Positions 10,985 to 20,647 of a stretch of DNA of 64,000 bases are shown here, piece by piece. The stretch's first letter is position 1. Every line of letters begins with the position of its first letter. The position numbers and the translations under genes are program-made. Under the pieces are notes generated by a model, which had not been told where the DNA came from, ran no database searches, and saw only the letters and a program-made list of their open reading frames with translations. Origin of the DNA: an uncultured Acidobacteriaceae bacterium (GTDB lineage: Bacteria > Acidobacteriota > Terriglobia > Terriglobales > Acidobacteriaceae); assembly GCA_963782275.1 (NCBI GenBank), contig CAWAJA010000004.1:108746-172745 (forward strand). The letters are read 5' to 3'.

Positions 10985-11138
10985 ATCGGGCTCCAATGGC
11001 TCCTTGGCAGTTGGCTGCCCGAGTCGGCACTGAGCAAAACTGTTTTCTGGAACTCTTCCCCTGGCTAGCCGGAACTACCTGCGAGGATCACACCGTTGAG
11101 TTCGGGCACACCATCGAGCTTGCGGTTGTATCACAAAA

Positions 11139-11165
11139 CTTTACAGCTGCTTTACCAGACTTTAC
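11139..11165. promoter_or_regulatory. Three tandem CTTTAC (= GTAAAG) repeats at 11 and 10 bp spacing, a CpxR-box-like operator
   Basis: CTTTACagctgCTTTACcagaCTTTAC lies 70-95 nt upstream of the ATG of the CpxP/Spy-like gene. The E. coli CpxR consensus is GTAAA-N5-GTAAA. Confidence 0.45.
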
Positions 11166-11233
11166 GGTCGAATGAGCGCAATTGGGGTTTCAACGAGTGA
11201 CAGATGAACTGTCGAGAAAGAGTAGAGGAGAAT

Positions 11234-11743
11234 ATGAAAACGAAGTTGTGGATGCTCTCTGCAGCGTTGCTTGCCGTTGTACTTTGCGGCGCGCTGGTAA
11301 TCAGCTACGCGCAAGATACCGATAACAGCGATCCCAAACCCGTCTGGAGCGGCCACCGTCATGGCGACCACATGGGATACATGGCCAAAGCGCTGAACCT
11401 GACAGACGCGCAAAAGGAGCAGGTCAAGTCCATCATTCAGGCCAATCACACCAACATGCTTCCTGTTATGCAGCAAATGGCGCAGAACCGCGTGGCTATG
11501 CTGACCGCGACTTCTGGTGGAGCTTTTGACCAGGCCAAGGTAACCGCGCTGGCCAACCAGCAGGCGCAATTGATGGCCCAGACGACCATCCAGAAGCAAT
11601 CCATCCAGCACCAGATCTACACCCAGGTGCTGACGCCTGAGCAGCGCGCTACAGCCGACCAGATGCGTCAGAAGCAGATCACTCGCATCAATGAGCATCT
11701 GCAGAAGATGTCGCAGCCGGCGACCGAGACTTCAGGAGAGTAG
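11234..11743 (+). CDS. Periplasmic Spy/CpxP family stress protein (LTxxQ repeats)
   Basis: MKTKLWMLSAALLAVVLCGALVISYAQ is a signal peptide. There are two LTxxQ motifs (LTDAQKEQV and LTPEQRATA) in a Q-rich helical protein of about 170 aa. GAGGAG lies upstream of the ATG at 11234. Confidence 0.75.
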   Translation: MKTKLWMLSAALLAVVLCGALVISYAQDTDNSDPKPVWSGHRHGDHMGYMAKALNLTDAQKEQVKSIIQANHTNMLPVMQQMAQNRVAMLTATSGGAFDQAKVTALANQQAQLMAQTTIQKQSIQHQIYTQVLTPEQRATADQMRQKQITRINEHLQKMSQPATETSGE

Positions 11744-11770
11744 TAAACAGACCCCTTGTCGTCCCAGCTG

Positions 11771-11793
11771 AGGCGGTCCTTCAGGGGCCGCCT
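11771..11793. terminator. Hairpin between the convergent cpxP-like and MFS genes
   Basis: AGGCGGTCC-TTCA-GGGGCCGCCT (one mismatch) lies between the stop codons at 11743 and 11806. Confidence 0.3.
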
Positions 11794-11805
11794 TACGTCC
11801 TATTC

Positions 11806-13371
11806 CTAGTGCATCATCACCACACCCGGCTTGCTCTTCGGCTTGCGCAGCAGGAATAGAAACGGGATCATGGCAACGAACACAATCGAGAGAAACAGGA
11901 ACGTGTCGTTGTAGGCGAGCATCGCCGCCTGTCGCTGCACCATTCCCCAGATTGACCAGTACGCCTGCTGGGTTGCCAAAGATGCGCTCGATCCCTGGTT
12001 CATAAAGTGCGCCTTCATCCCGTCGAACATTTGCTGCATGGCGCCGCTCTCGGGATAGACATGCGCGCCCAGGGTGTTGATGTGCTTCTGCTGGGTGCGG
12101 AACTGCACCGTCTCGACCATCGCAATCCCGATGCTGGCGCCGATATTGCGCATCAGGTTGAATAGGCTGGTCGCGTTGCCCATGCGCTCGTTGGGGATGC
12201 CGCCGTTGGTGATGGTCGTGAGCGGTACGAATACGAAACCCAGGGCGGCTCCCTGGATCATGAGCGGCCACCAGAAATTCTGTGAAGCCACGCTCAGGCT
12301 GAACCGCGACAGCTCCCACATCGCGTAGGCCGACGCCACCAATCCAATTCCCAATAACTTGCGCTGGTCCACTTTGCCGGTTAAGCGCCCGACAATCGGC
12401 ATGATGAGAAACGAGGCCAGGCCGCGAGGCAAGTTGGTGACGCCAGCGTGCGTCGCGGTGTAGCCAAGTAACACCTGCATCAGCAGCGGCAGCAGCACCG
12501 TGCTGCCGTAAAGCACGAAGCCGATCAGGGTCATCAAGAACGTGCCAACCGCATACGACCGGTACTTGAAAATGCTGAGGTCGAGAACAGGATGCTTGGT
12601 GGTCAGTTCGCGGAGGATAAGGCCCGTCAGCCCCACCACCGTCAGCACACACAACGTGACGATGAGGTGCGAGCCGAACCAGTCGTCTTCCTGACCCTTG
12701 TCCAGCATGATCTGCAGGCTGCCGATGCCCACGGCGAGCAAGCCGATTCCCCAGTAGTCGATCCCGGTTTTCTGCCGCAGCAAGTAGGGCGGATCGAAGA
12801 TGAAAATCTGCGTCAGCATCAGTGCGACCGCGCCGATGGGCACGTTGATGTAGAACACCCATCGCCAACTGTAATTGTCAGTAAGCCAGCCTCCGGCGAC
12901 CGGGCCGAGCATCGGCGCAACGACGATGCCCAACGCCCAAAACGCCATTGCCTGCCCACGCTTCTCGGGGGGAAACGACTCCAGCAGAACAGCCTGCGAA
13001 AGTGGCTGCAATCCGCCACCGCACGCCCCCTGAATCACGCGCATGAAAATCAGGAATGGCAGGCTCGGCGCCAGCCCGCACAGGAAGGAAGCAACGGTGA
13101 ATCCCGAAACGGACAGCATCAGCAGGCGTTTTCGCCCAAAGCGGCCCGCCAGCCACCCGGTCATCGGAAGGATGATTGCATTCGCGACCAGGTACGAAGT
13201 TAGCGTCCACGTCGCTTCGTCGTTGGTCGCCGATAGGCTGCCGGCAATATGCGGCAACGAAACGTTGACCACGGTTGTGTCCAGCACTTCCATGAACGTG
13301 CTCGACATCACCGCGATCGCGATCAGCCAGGGATTGATTTCACGATGTTCGCTGTCACCGCTGAAAGGCAT
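11806..13371 (-). CDS. MFS transporter, DHA2 (EmrB/QacA) drug-efflux family, 14 TMS
   Basis: 521 aa. The N-terminus INPWLIAIAVMSSTFMEVLDTTVVNVSLPHIAGSL... and GRFGRKRLL are typical of EmrB/QacA. Confidence 0.9.
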   Translation of the reverse strand: MPFSGDSEHREINPWLIAIAVMSSTFMEVLDTTVVNVSLPHIAGSLSATNDEATWTLTSYLVANAIILPMTGWLAGRFGRKRLLMLSVSGFTVASFLCGLAPSLPFLIFMRVIQGACGGGLQPLSQAVLLESFPPEKRGQAMAFWALGIVVAPMLGPVAGGWLTDNYSWRWVFYINVPIGAVALMLTQIFIFDPPYLLRQKTGIDYWGIGLLAVGIGSLQIMLDKGQEDDWFGSHLIVTLCVLTVVGLTGLILRELTTKHPVLDLSIFKYRSYAVGTFLMTLIGFVLYGSTVLLPLLMQVLLGYTATHAGVTNLPRGLASFLIMPIVGRLTGKVDQRKLLGIGLVASAYAMWELSRFSLSVASQNFWWPLMIQGAALGFVFVPLTTITNGGIPNERMGNATSLFNLMRNIGASIGIAMVETVQFRTQQKHINTLGAHVYPESGAMQQMFDGMKAHFMNQGSSASLATQQAYWSIWGMVQRQAAMLAYNDTFLFLSIVFVAMIPFLFLLRKPKSKPGVVMMH

Positions 13372-13490
13372 GCTAGGCAGGCGTTTCCCCGTTTTCCCGA
13401 TTCCGGCAGCTATGTAATAGTTCTGTCATTTCACCCAGAATGCATCTCGCGTCACGGAAAATTCGTGCGCTTCTATCCTAGGATGCAACC

Positions 13491-15168
13491 ATGGTAGCAA
13501 CAGCGAGCCTTGATTTGATTCCTCCGCATCCTAAAGGGACTCAGGCGCGCGTGCTGTTGAGCTCGGTCTTCGGCCCGTACGCGCGCGACGACGAATTCGG
13601 CAGCCGCTCCATCAATCCCATGGAGCTGTATCACAACCAGGTGACACGCGAGCAAGGCAGCTTCTCGCTGCGCATGTTTCATCGCTCCTGGGGCCTGATG
13701 ATGATTCAGCGCAACATCTCCGCACCCAGCACCCTGCTCGACTTCCCTACCCTGGAACGTTTCGAGCGCGAGCTGACCTCAACCGAGTACGACATCGTCG
13801 GCATCTCCGGCATCATCCCCAACTTCGGCAAGGTGCGCGAAATGTGCCGCCGCGTGCGCCGCCTGTCGCCCAGGTTCCACGATCATCGTCGGCGGGCACG
13901 TCGCCGCCATTCCCGGCCTCGACAAGTTGATTGACGCCGATTACATCGTGCGAGGCGAAGGCATCTCCTGGATGCGCCGCTATCTTGGCGAGGATCCAGG
14001 CGCGCCCATCGAGCATCCCGAAATCCTCTCCGGCTTCGGCATGCGTGTGCTGGGAATGCGCGTGCCCGACAATACCCGCGACACCGCCGCCACCATCATT
14101 CCCTCGGTGGGATGCCCGATGGGCTGCAACTTCTGCACCACCTCGGCCTTCTTCGGCGGCAAGGGCAAGAGCGTCCACTTCTACGAATCCGGAGATCAGC
14201 TTTTCGAAGTCATGGAGCACATGGAGCACTCCTTGAACGTCCGGTCATTCTTCATGATGGACGAAAACTTCCTGCTCAATCGGCCACGCGCCATGCAATT
14301 GCTGGCCCGCATGAAAGAAGCTGGGAAGGCCTGGTCGCTTTACGTCTTCTCGTCGGTCAATGCCATCCGCAAATACACCATCGAGGAACTGGTGCAGCTC
14401 GGCGTCTCCTGGATTTGGCTCGGTCTCGAGTCGCCGAACTCGACCTATGCCAAGCTGCAAAACTCCGATACTCAATCCCTCGCCGCCGAGTTGCGGCAGC
14501 ACGGCATCAAGCTGCTCGGTTCCACCATCGTCGGCCTCGAGCACCACACTCCGGAGAACATCCGGCAGGAGATCGAGTACGCGGTTTCGCACTGCACCGA
14601 CTTCCACCAGTTCATGCTGTACACGCCGGTGCCGGGCACGCCGCTGTTTGCCGCAGATGCAGGAAGAAGGTCGGATGCTGGACGGCATTGACCTCGCCGA
14701 CATCCACGGACAGTTCAAGTTCAACTTCGAGCATGCGGCCATCTCGCGCGACGACTCGAAGCGCTTGCTCGATTGGGCCTTCCGCTTCGATCTGGAGCGC
14801 AACGGGCCCAGCCTCTTCCGCATCTGCGAGACCATCTTTCAGGGCTGGAAGCGCTACCACGATCATCCCGACCTGCGCGTACGCCAGCGCATCGCTAACG
14901 AAACCGTCAAAGCTGCGCACCACCTACGACGCTGCGCTCTGGGTCATGGAGAAGCGCTTGAAGCGAACAAACGCCTCCGTAGCCGCGAAGATTCGTGAGC
15001 TGCGGCAGGAGATCGAACATGAATTCGGAGCGGCGACTCGTCTGCTGCGAACAGTTCGTCGGCCCCGTTTTGCTATGGACCTCGAAGCGCGAGGACAGGC
15101 GCCTCGCCAGAGGCAAGACGTATGAGCCTGAGACGTTCGTGGACCGGCGGAACTGGGTGGAAGCGTAG
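13491..15168 (+). pseudogene. B12-binding-domain radical SAM protein, four +1 frame breaks
   Basis: The fragments are 13491..13934, 13927..14691, 14360..14998 and 14112..15125, plus a tail ending in TAG at 15166-15168. The CPMGCNFC (CxxxCxxC) motif is preceded by a B12-binding-like STIIVGGHVA segment. Junctions lie near 13872, 14653, 14906 and 15045. Length minus 4 is a multiple of 3. Confidence 0.85.
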
Positions 15169-15200
15169 AGGTGGGTTAGAGCCGCCAAGCTACGATTCAC

Positions 15201-15240
15201 GCATGTGATCTGACAACTGACTACTGGCTACTGACAACTG
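15201..15240. repeat. Simple CTGACAACTG-type repeat at a convergent gene junction
   Basis: CTGACAACTGactactggctaCTGACAACTG. It belongs to the same AGTTGNCAGT word family as the repeats at 59684-59827. Confidence 0.3.
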
Positions 15241-17000
15241 TTCTCACGCCATTTCAATCTTCGCCTCGGCTTCAGCCCGAGTTCCTTGATCGCGATCTCG
15301 CGCATCTTGTACTTCTGCACCTTGCCGGTGATGGTGAGCGGAAACTCCTCGACAAACTTGATATAGCGGGGAATCTTGAAGCGCGCGATCTTGCCTTCGC
15401 AGAATTGGCGAATCTCATCAGCGGTCAGGGTCGAACCCGGCCCGAGTTTTACCCACGCGGCTACCTGCTCGCCATACTTGCGATCAGGCACGCCAACGAC
15501 CTGTACCGCGCTGATGCCCGGACAGGTGTACAGAAACTCTTCAATCTCGCGCGGAGAAATGTTTTCTCCGCCGCGAATGATGACGTCCTTGGCGCGCCCG
15601 GTGATCTTGAAGTAGCCGTTCTCGTCCATGACCGACAGATCACCGGTGTGCAGCCATCCATCGCCATCGATGGCAGTCTCGCGTTGCCTGAGGATTGTTG
15701 TAGTAGCCCTTCATGACGTGGTAGCCGCGCGTGCACAACTCACCTTGTTCGCCGATGGCGACAGTCCTGCCCTCCAGCGGATCGACAAGCTTCACCTCGG
15801 TGTGTGGCAGCACCTTGCCCACGGTGGTTACGCGAAGCTCGACGGGATCGTCCGTGGTGGTCTGGGTGATCACGGGCGAAGCTTCGGTGAGCCCGTACGC
15901 GATGGTCATCTCGCTACAGTGCATTTGCTGGACGACGCGCTTCATGATCTCGATGGGACACGGCGAACCGGCCATGATTCCCGTGCGCAGCGAGCTGAGG
16001 TCGAACTCGGCGAATCTCGGGTGTTCCAGCTCGGCGATGAACATGGTTGGAACCCCATGCAGTGCCGTGCAGCGCTCTTCGGAAACGGCCCGCAACGTGG
16101 CCTCGGGATCGAAATATGGTGCCGGAATCACCATAGTTGCGCCCGTCACCACGCATGCCATGTTGCCCAGCACCATACCAAAACAGTGATAGAACGGCAC
16201 CGGAATGCACAGTCGGTCGTGATGGGTGAAGCGCATCGCGTTGGCGATGAGCATCCCGTTGTTCACGATGTTGTGATGCGAAAGTGTCGCGCCCTTCGGC
16301 AAGCCGGTGGTACCTGAGGTGTACTGGATGTTGATGCCATCGTCGAAGTCGAGGCTGGCTTCGCTGCTGGCGCAGTTGCCCGATATCAATACCGTGGCCC
16401 ATTCGCAGCAGGTCGTCCCAACCCAGCATCCCTTCTGGAACATCAAGCGGTGACTGATTTTCCGGATCAGCAGAATTTGCTCCCATGAAGATCAGCCGCC
16501 GTAACTCCGGAAGCTTTGCGGAGTGCAGTTCGCCGAACTGTGCATGCTCGCTCTCACGGACAAACCTCGCGAACGACCTGCACATAGTCGGTGTCCCGAA
16601 AGCCTTGAATCAGCAGCAGCGTCTGGCACTCCGACTGGCGCAGCGCGGATTCCAGTTCCACCGAGCGATTCGCGGGATTAATGTTGACGAGGAGCGCGCC
16701 AATCTTTGCGGTGCCGAATTGCGTCACCACCCATTCCGCGCAGTTGGTCGCCCAAATGCCGATGCGGTCGCCCTTCTTGATACCGAGTGCCAGCAGGCCG
16801 CGGGCTGCACGCTCCACCTCGTCGCGTAATTGCTCGTAGCTGTAGCGCTTGCGCTGATGACAAACCACAAGCGCCTCGTTCCCGGGATGCGCGGCGGCGG
16901 CGTCATCGAGCACTTCGCCGATGCATTTGCCGAGCAGCGGAACCGTGGCGGCCCCGCACGAGTAGCTCAGCTTGCGCGCGCTACGCGTTGCAGTCTGCAT
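15228..17000 (-). pseudogene. AMP-dependent acyl-CoA synthetase/ligase (FadD/ACSF2-like), three +1 frame breaks
   Basis: The fragments are 16554..17000, part of 15914..16585, 15640..16446 and 15228..15629. The motifs are [20 protein letters not shown]-like [15 protein letters not shown] and ITGRAKD...GGENI. Breaks lie near 16563, 16372 and 15675. Confidence 0.85.
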
Positions 17001-17096
17001 GTCGATGAGCGAACTATAACCGAAATGGCTGGCAGCAGAAAAAAGAAACGTTCGGAACTACAACCTTAGAGGCATGCAGTTCCGAAGATATGTAGA

Positions 17097-17245
17097 GGTA
17101 GAGCGGCGCTTCAGCGCCGCGTCCTGCGTCAGCAACCTAAAACCAGCCGGGCTTCAGCCCGGCGGCACTTTCGGCCGCCTCAGGCTGAAGCCCGGATTCT
17201 CAAAAAGCGCGTCTGAGTGCGGGCCCGAAGGCCCGCTCTACCCCC
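17097..17245. repeat. Cluster of REP-like GC hairpins with TTCA/TGAA loops
   Basis: Hairpins present: GCGGCGC-TTCA-GCGCCGC, GCCGGGC-TTCA-GCCCGGC, its inverted partner GGCTGAAGCCCGG, and GCGGGCC-cgaa-GGCCCGC followed by TCTACC. The 26-nt stretch 17097-17122 is exactly the reverse complement of 55935-55960. Confidence 0.45.
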
Positions 17246-17254
17246 GGCTCCACT

Positions 17255-18739
17255 CTACAGCGCGGCGCAGACGGCTTTGACTTCGGTGTACATCTCAAGC
17301 ACTTCGTGACCCATTTCGCGACCCCAGCCCGACTGCTTATATCCTCCGAACGGCAAAGCCGCGTCGAAGACGTTATAGCAGTTGATCCACACCGTACCGG
17401 CGCGCAGCTTCTCCGCAATGCGATGCGCCTTGCTGATGTCGCGCGTCCACACCGCCGCCGCCAGACCGTAATCGCTCTGGTTAGCTTCGGCCACCAGCTT
17501 GTCCACGTCGCTGAATGGCATGGCGCAAACCACCGGTCCGAAGATCTCCTCGCGCACTACCTTCATGTTGGGATTGGTGTTGATCATCACGGTAGGCTCG
17601 ACGAAGTAGCCGGCGCCCGGCTTCTTGCGTCCGCCGACCACCGCTTCGGCGCCTTCGCTGAGTCCACTTTCGAGGTAGCTGGTGACGCGGTTCAACTGTT
17701 CTTCGGAAACCAGCGGCCCCATGTCAGTCTCGGCGTCAAAGCCAGGTCCGACTTTGATCTTCTTTGCCTGGTCGGCTACGCCACTGACCACGTCATCGAA
17801 CATGTTCTTCTCGACGTACAGCCGCGAACCTGCGCAGCAGCACTGGCCATGGTTGAAAAAGATGGCACTCGCCGCGCCGGAAATCGTCGACTTCATCTCG
17901 GCGTCGGCAAAGACGATGTTTGGCGACTTGCCACCCAGCTCCAGCGAAACCTTCTTCAAATTGCCGGCCGCCGCCTGCACGATAAGCTTACCCACTTCAG
18001 TCGAACCGGTGAAAGCGATCTTGTCGACGTCGGGATGAGCCGCCAGTGCGGCTCCCGCCGTCTCGCCGTAACCGGGAACGACATTGACCACACCGTCCGG
18101 GAACCCAGCCTCGGCGATCAACTCCGCCAACAATAATGCGCTCAGGGGTGTCTGCTCCGCCGGCTTCAATACCACCGTACAGCCGGTTGCCAGCGCCGGC
18201 CCCAGCTTCCACGCCGCCATCAGCAACGGAAAGTTCCAGGGAATAATCTGCCCTACCACTCCGACGGGCTCACGTCGGGTGTACGCGAAATACTTCGGCG
18301 AGAAAGGAATGGTGTTGCCCTCGATCTTGGTCGCCCATCCCGCCATATAGTGGAAGAGGTCGGCCGCCAGCGGCACGTCGGCCACGCGCGCCACCGTAAG
18401 CGGCTTCCCGTTGTCGAGACTTTCGAGCTGCGCAAACTCTTCGAGGTGATCCTCGATCAGGTCACCCAGTTGCCAGATGAGACGCCCCCGGTCCGAGGCG
18501 CTCATCGCGGGCCAGGAACCAGTCTCGAAGGCCTTTCGCGCGGCCTTTACGGCACGATCGATGTCTTCACGATCGCCTTCGGCAACCTGCGCCATAACCT
18601 CCCCGGTCGCGGGGTTGTAGGACGGAAATGTCTTGCCGGACGCCGCTTCCACCCACTTACCGTTGATTAACATCTTGCGGGGTTTGCCAACAAACTCTTG
18701 TACTCGGCTGTGCATTTGCGTGCTTACTGCGGTAGCCAT
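17255..18739 (-). CDS. NAD(P)+-dependent aldehyde dehydrogenase
   Basis: About 494 aa, counted from the ATG at 18739 preceded by GAGGAGG. The catalytic motifs are ELGGKSP and FFNHGQCCCAGSR. Confidence 0.9.
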   Translation of the reverse strand: MATAVSTQMHSRVQEFVGKPRKMLINGKWVEAASGKTFPSYNPATGEVMAQVAEGDREDIDRAVKAARKAFETGSWPAMSASDRGRLIWQLGDLIEDHLEEFAQLESLDNGKPLTVARVADVPLAADLFHYMAGWATKIEGNTIPFSPKYFAYTRREPVGVVGQIIPWNFPLLMAAWKLGPALATGCTVVLKPAEQTPLSALLLAELIAEAGFPDGVVNVVPGYGETAGAALAAHPDVDKIAFTGSTEVGKLIVQAAAGNLKKVSLELGGKSPNIVFADAEMKSTISGAASAIFFNHGQCCCAGSRLYVEKNMFDDVVSGVADQAKKIKVGPGFDAETDMGPLVSEEQLNRVTSYLESGLSEGAEAVVGGRKKPGAGYFVEPTVMINTNPNMKVVREEIFGPVVCAMPFSDVDKLVAEANQSDYGLAAAVWTRDISKAHRIAEKLRAGTVWINCYNVFDAALPFGGYKQSGWGREMGHEVLEMYTEVKAVCAAL

Positions 18740-19005
18740 TCTTAACCTCCTCATGCAGAGTGCCACTCAGCGAGCGACCCTGTGCTATCTCAAATTGTGA
18801 ACTTGACAGACGATAAGACCTAATCTGCAATTTGGGGACTCTCGCGCCGGACCGTCGCAACAAATCGGGCCAATCCTCGCGCAGAAGTGTATCAGAGGGC
18901 GCAATCCGATGCGCGGCAAATGAAGGCCGGCCGCCTTGAAAAAGCTCCGACGTTCAGCAACCGCACCCAGGATTTCTTACGAGTCTCTGCTAACATGAGC
19001 GCACT

Positions 19006-19791
19006 ATGGCCGTGCAAACCATCGATGATGTAGTCTCCGCTCTCGACATCATTGTTCAGCAGTCCTACGACAACGCCAGCCGTCTCGGGTACTTTGCGGC
19101 GCTGTACCGGCGGGTAACTTGCGCGGTGCGAGATGGTATTAGCAATGGCCGCTTCCCGAACGGTCCCCTGATGGAGAAGCTGGATGTGGTCTTCGCGTCG
19201 CGATACCTTGACGCGCTGGCCACCTTCCAGGCGGGCAAAGCGGCGACCCGTAGCTGGATGCTGGCATTCCGTGGCTGCGACGACGCCAGCCTTCTCATCC
19301 TGCAGCAACTACTGTCGGGCATGAACGCGCACATCAATCTTGATCTTGGCATTGCCAGCGCGCAGGTTAGCCCGGGCGATCAAGTGCCTCAACTCAAGCC
19401 TGATTTCGACGAGATCAACGTGGTGCTGGCAGACCTGGTAGGCGCCGTGGAAGCGGAGATTGCCGCCGTTTCTCCTCTGATTGGCGATCTGGAAAAAATC
19501 GGCCTGCGCAGTGAGACATCCATCATCAACTTCAGTTTGCAGACGGCCCGCGACACCGCCTGGTTCACGGCCGAACGCCTCGCCAGCGAGCCGTCATTCT
19601 TGCATGACATCTCCATTGACGGGCTTGATCTTGCGGTTTCCATCAAGGGCCGCGCGATTCTCCACCCGCTTACTGGCCGCGAGGGTCTGAGGGTCATTCA
19701 GCAAGCTGAAGTAAAGGACGTGCGCCGTGTGATTGAGGTCTTGGCGCAGGGCAGTGCCACCCCTGCCGCTCAAGCAGTCGGTACCAGTTAA
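19006..19791 (+). CDS. DUF5995 family protein
   Basis: 261 aa. The sequence YFAALYRRVT...FASRYLDAL...GMNAHINLDLG matches my recollection of DUF5995. Function is unknown. Confidence 0.6.
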   Translation: MAVQTIDDVVSALDIIVQQSYDNASRLGYFAALYRRVTCAVRDGISNGRFPNGPLMEKLDVVFASRYLDALATFQAGKAATRSWMLAFRGCDDASLLILQQLLSGMNAHINLDLGIASAQVSPGDQVPQLKPDFDEINVVLADLVGAVEAEIAAVSPLIGDLEKIGLRSETSIINFSLQTARDTAWFTAERLASEPSFLHDISIDGLDLAVSIKGRAILHPLTGREGLRVIQQAEVKDVRRVIEVLAQGSATPAAQAVGTS

Positions 19792-19817
19792 GGCTGAAGG
19801 TCCTTAGATTAGCGGGG

Positions 19818-20174
19818 CTAGCTCCGTCCCCCGCCGGCTTGCGCGCGCGCGTGTTCCACACTGAGAGCAAACGTGAAGAGGTTGTCGACCTTCGTCACTT
19901 TCAACGAGGTCAGTAACCGGTCGTTGGCGCCGACAATGACTAACTTCCGGCCTGAGCCTTCACGCGAAACATGCGCGCCCACCAGGCATCCGATGCCGGC
20001 GCTATCGATGTAAGGCATGTCGGCCAGGTCGAGAATCAGTAGATTCGAACTATCCGACCGAACCATCGTCTGCAAGGGAAAGAAATTTCCCAACAGAAGT
20101 GGACCGTGAAGACGGAGCACAACGCCCCCGCTGGGATCCTCAACTTTCTCTATTTCTAAGGGCTTTTCCTGCAT
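19818..20174 (-). CDS. STAS domain protein (anti-sigma-factor antagonist-like)
   Basis: 118 aa with LILDLADMPYIDSAGIGCLVGA...KLVIVGANDRL, typical of the SpoIIAA/RsbV fold. Confidence 0.8.
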   Translation of the reverse strand: MQEKPLEIEKVEDPSGGVVLRLHGPLLLGNFFPLQTMVRSDSSNLLILDLADMPYIDSAGIGCLVGAHVSREGSGRKLVIVGANDRLLTSLKVTKVDNLFTFALSVEHARAQAGGGRS

Positions 20175-20264
20175 AAGCCATGTATTTTACAACAGCCAGC
20201 GGCCTAGAAAGTGTAAATTTCCAGTGACCGGGGTAGCGAAGTGGCTCAGGTCGGCTGTTGGAGA

Positions 20265-20588
20265 CTACTGAGGCTGGCGGTCGCCCGTAGTCGATGGCAG
20301 CACCACATCGGGCTTGGCGGTCGAGGCAGCGCCGTGATCCGCAGCGTTTTGACTGCTGGCCATTCCGAGGTTGTGCGTCGTGCCGTTGGCGGTAGGCGTG
20401 GACGTCGAATGCGCGTGCTGACTTGTGCCGGAAGAAGTCGGGTGTTTGGTCTGCGCGGGAGGGTGATAAACGTGATGGTCGCGCCCATAGTAACGCTGAG
20501 CGGGAAGTGAGATTGCGAAGAACATTACCGCGATCGCTGCTAGCAATCGAGCTGGGCCCGCTGAATACATGTTTGGGAAGAATCGCAA
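20265..20588 (-). CDS. Hypothetical small secreted His/Thr/Ser-rich protein
   Basis: Signal-like ARLLAAIAVMFFAISLPAQ followed by a low-complexity, His-rich tail. It is co-directional between the ATL and STAS genes. No homology was recognised. Confidence 0.3.
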   Translation of the reverse strand: MRFFPNMYSAGPARLLAAIAVMFFAISLPAQRYYGRDHHVYHPPAQTKHPTSSGTSQHAHSTSTPTANGTTHNLGMASSQNAADHGAASTAKPDVVLPSTTGDRQPQ

Positions 20589-20647
20589 ACCTGAGCTATT
20601 TTACGGTAAGCTGGGCGTCGTCCAATGGAAAGCTGGGTTCCTGTCTG

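Noticed and set aside
11732-12868. 378-aa minus-strand ORF overlapping the MFS transporter gene in another frame.
   Set aside because: The alternative frame (11806..13371) gives a complete 14-TMS DHA2 transporter. The 378-aa translation is low-complexity (R/A/G/H-rich) and has no start context.
13372-15227. A RiPP-type cluster (precursor peptide plus radical SAM maturase).
   Set aside because: No short Cys/Ser/Gly-rich or leader-like ORF flanks the rSAM gene. No RiPP-recognition-element protein, peptidase or dedicated transporter is adjacent, apart from a generic MFS pump on the opposite strand.
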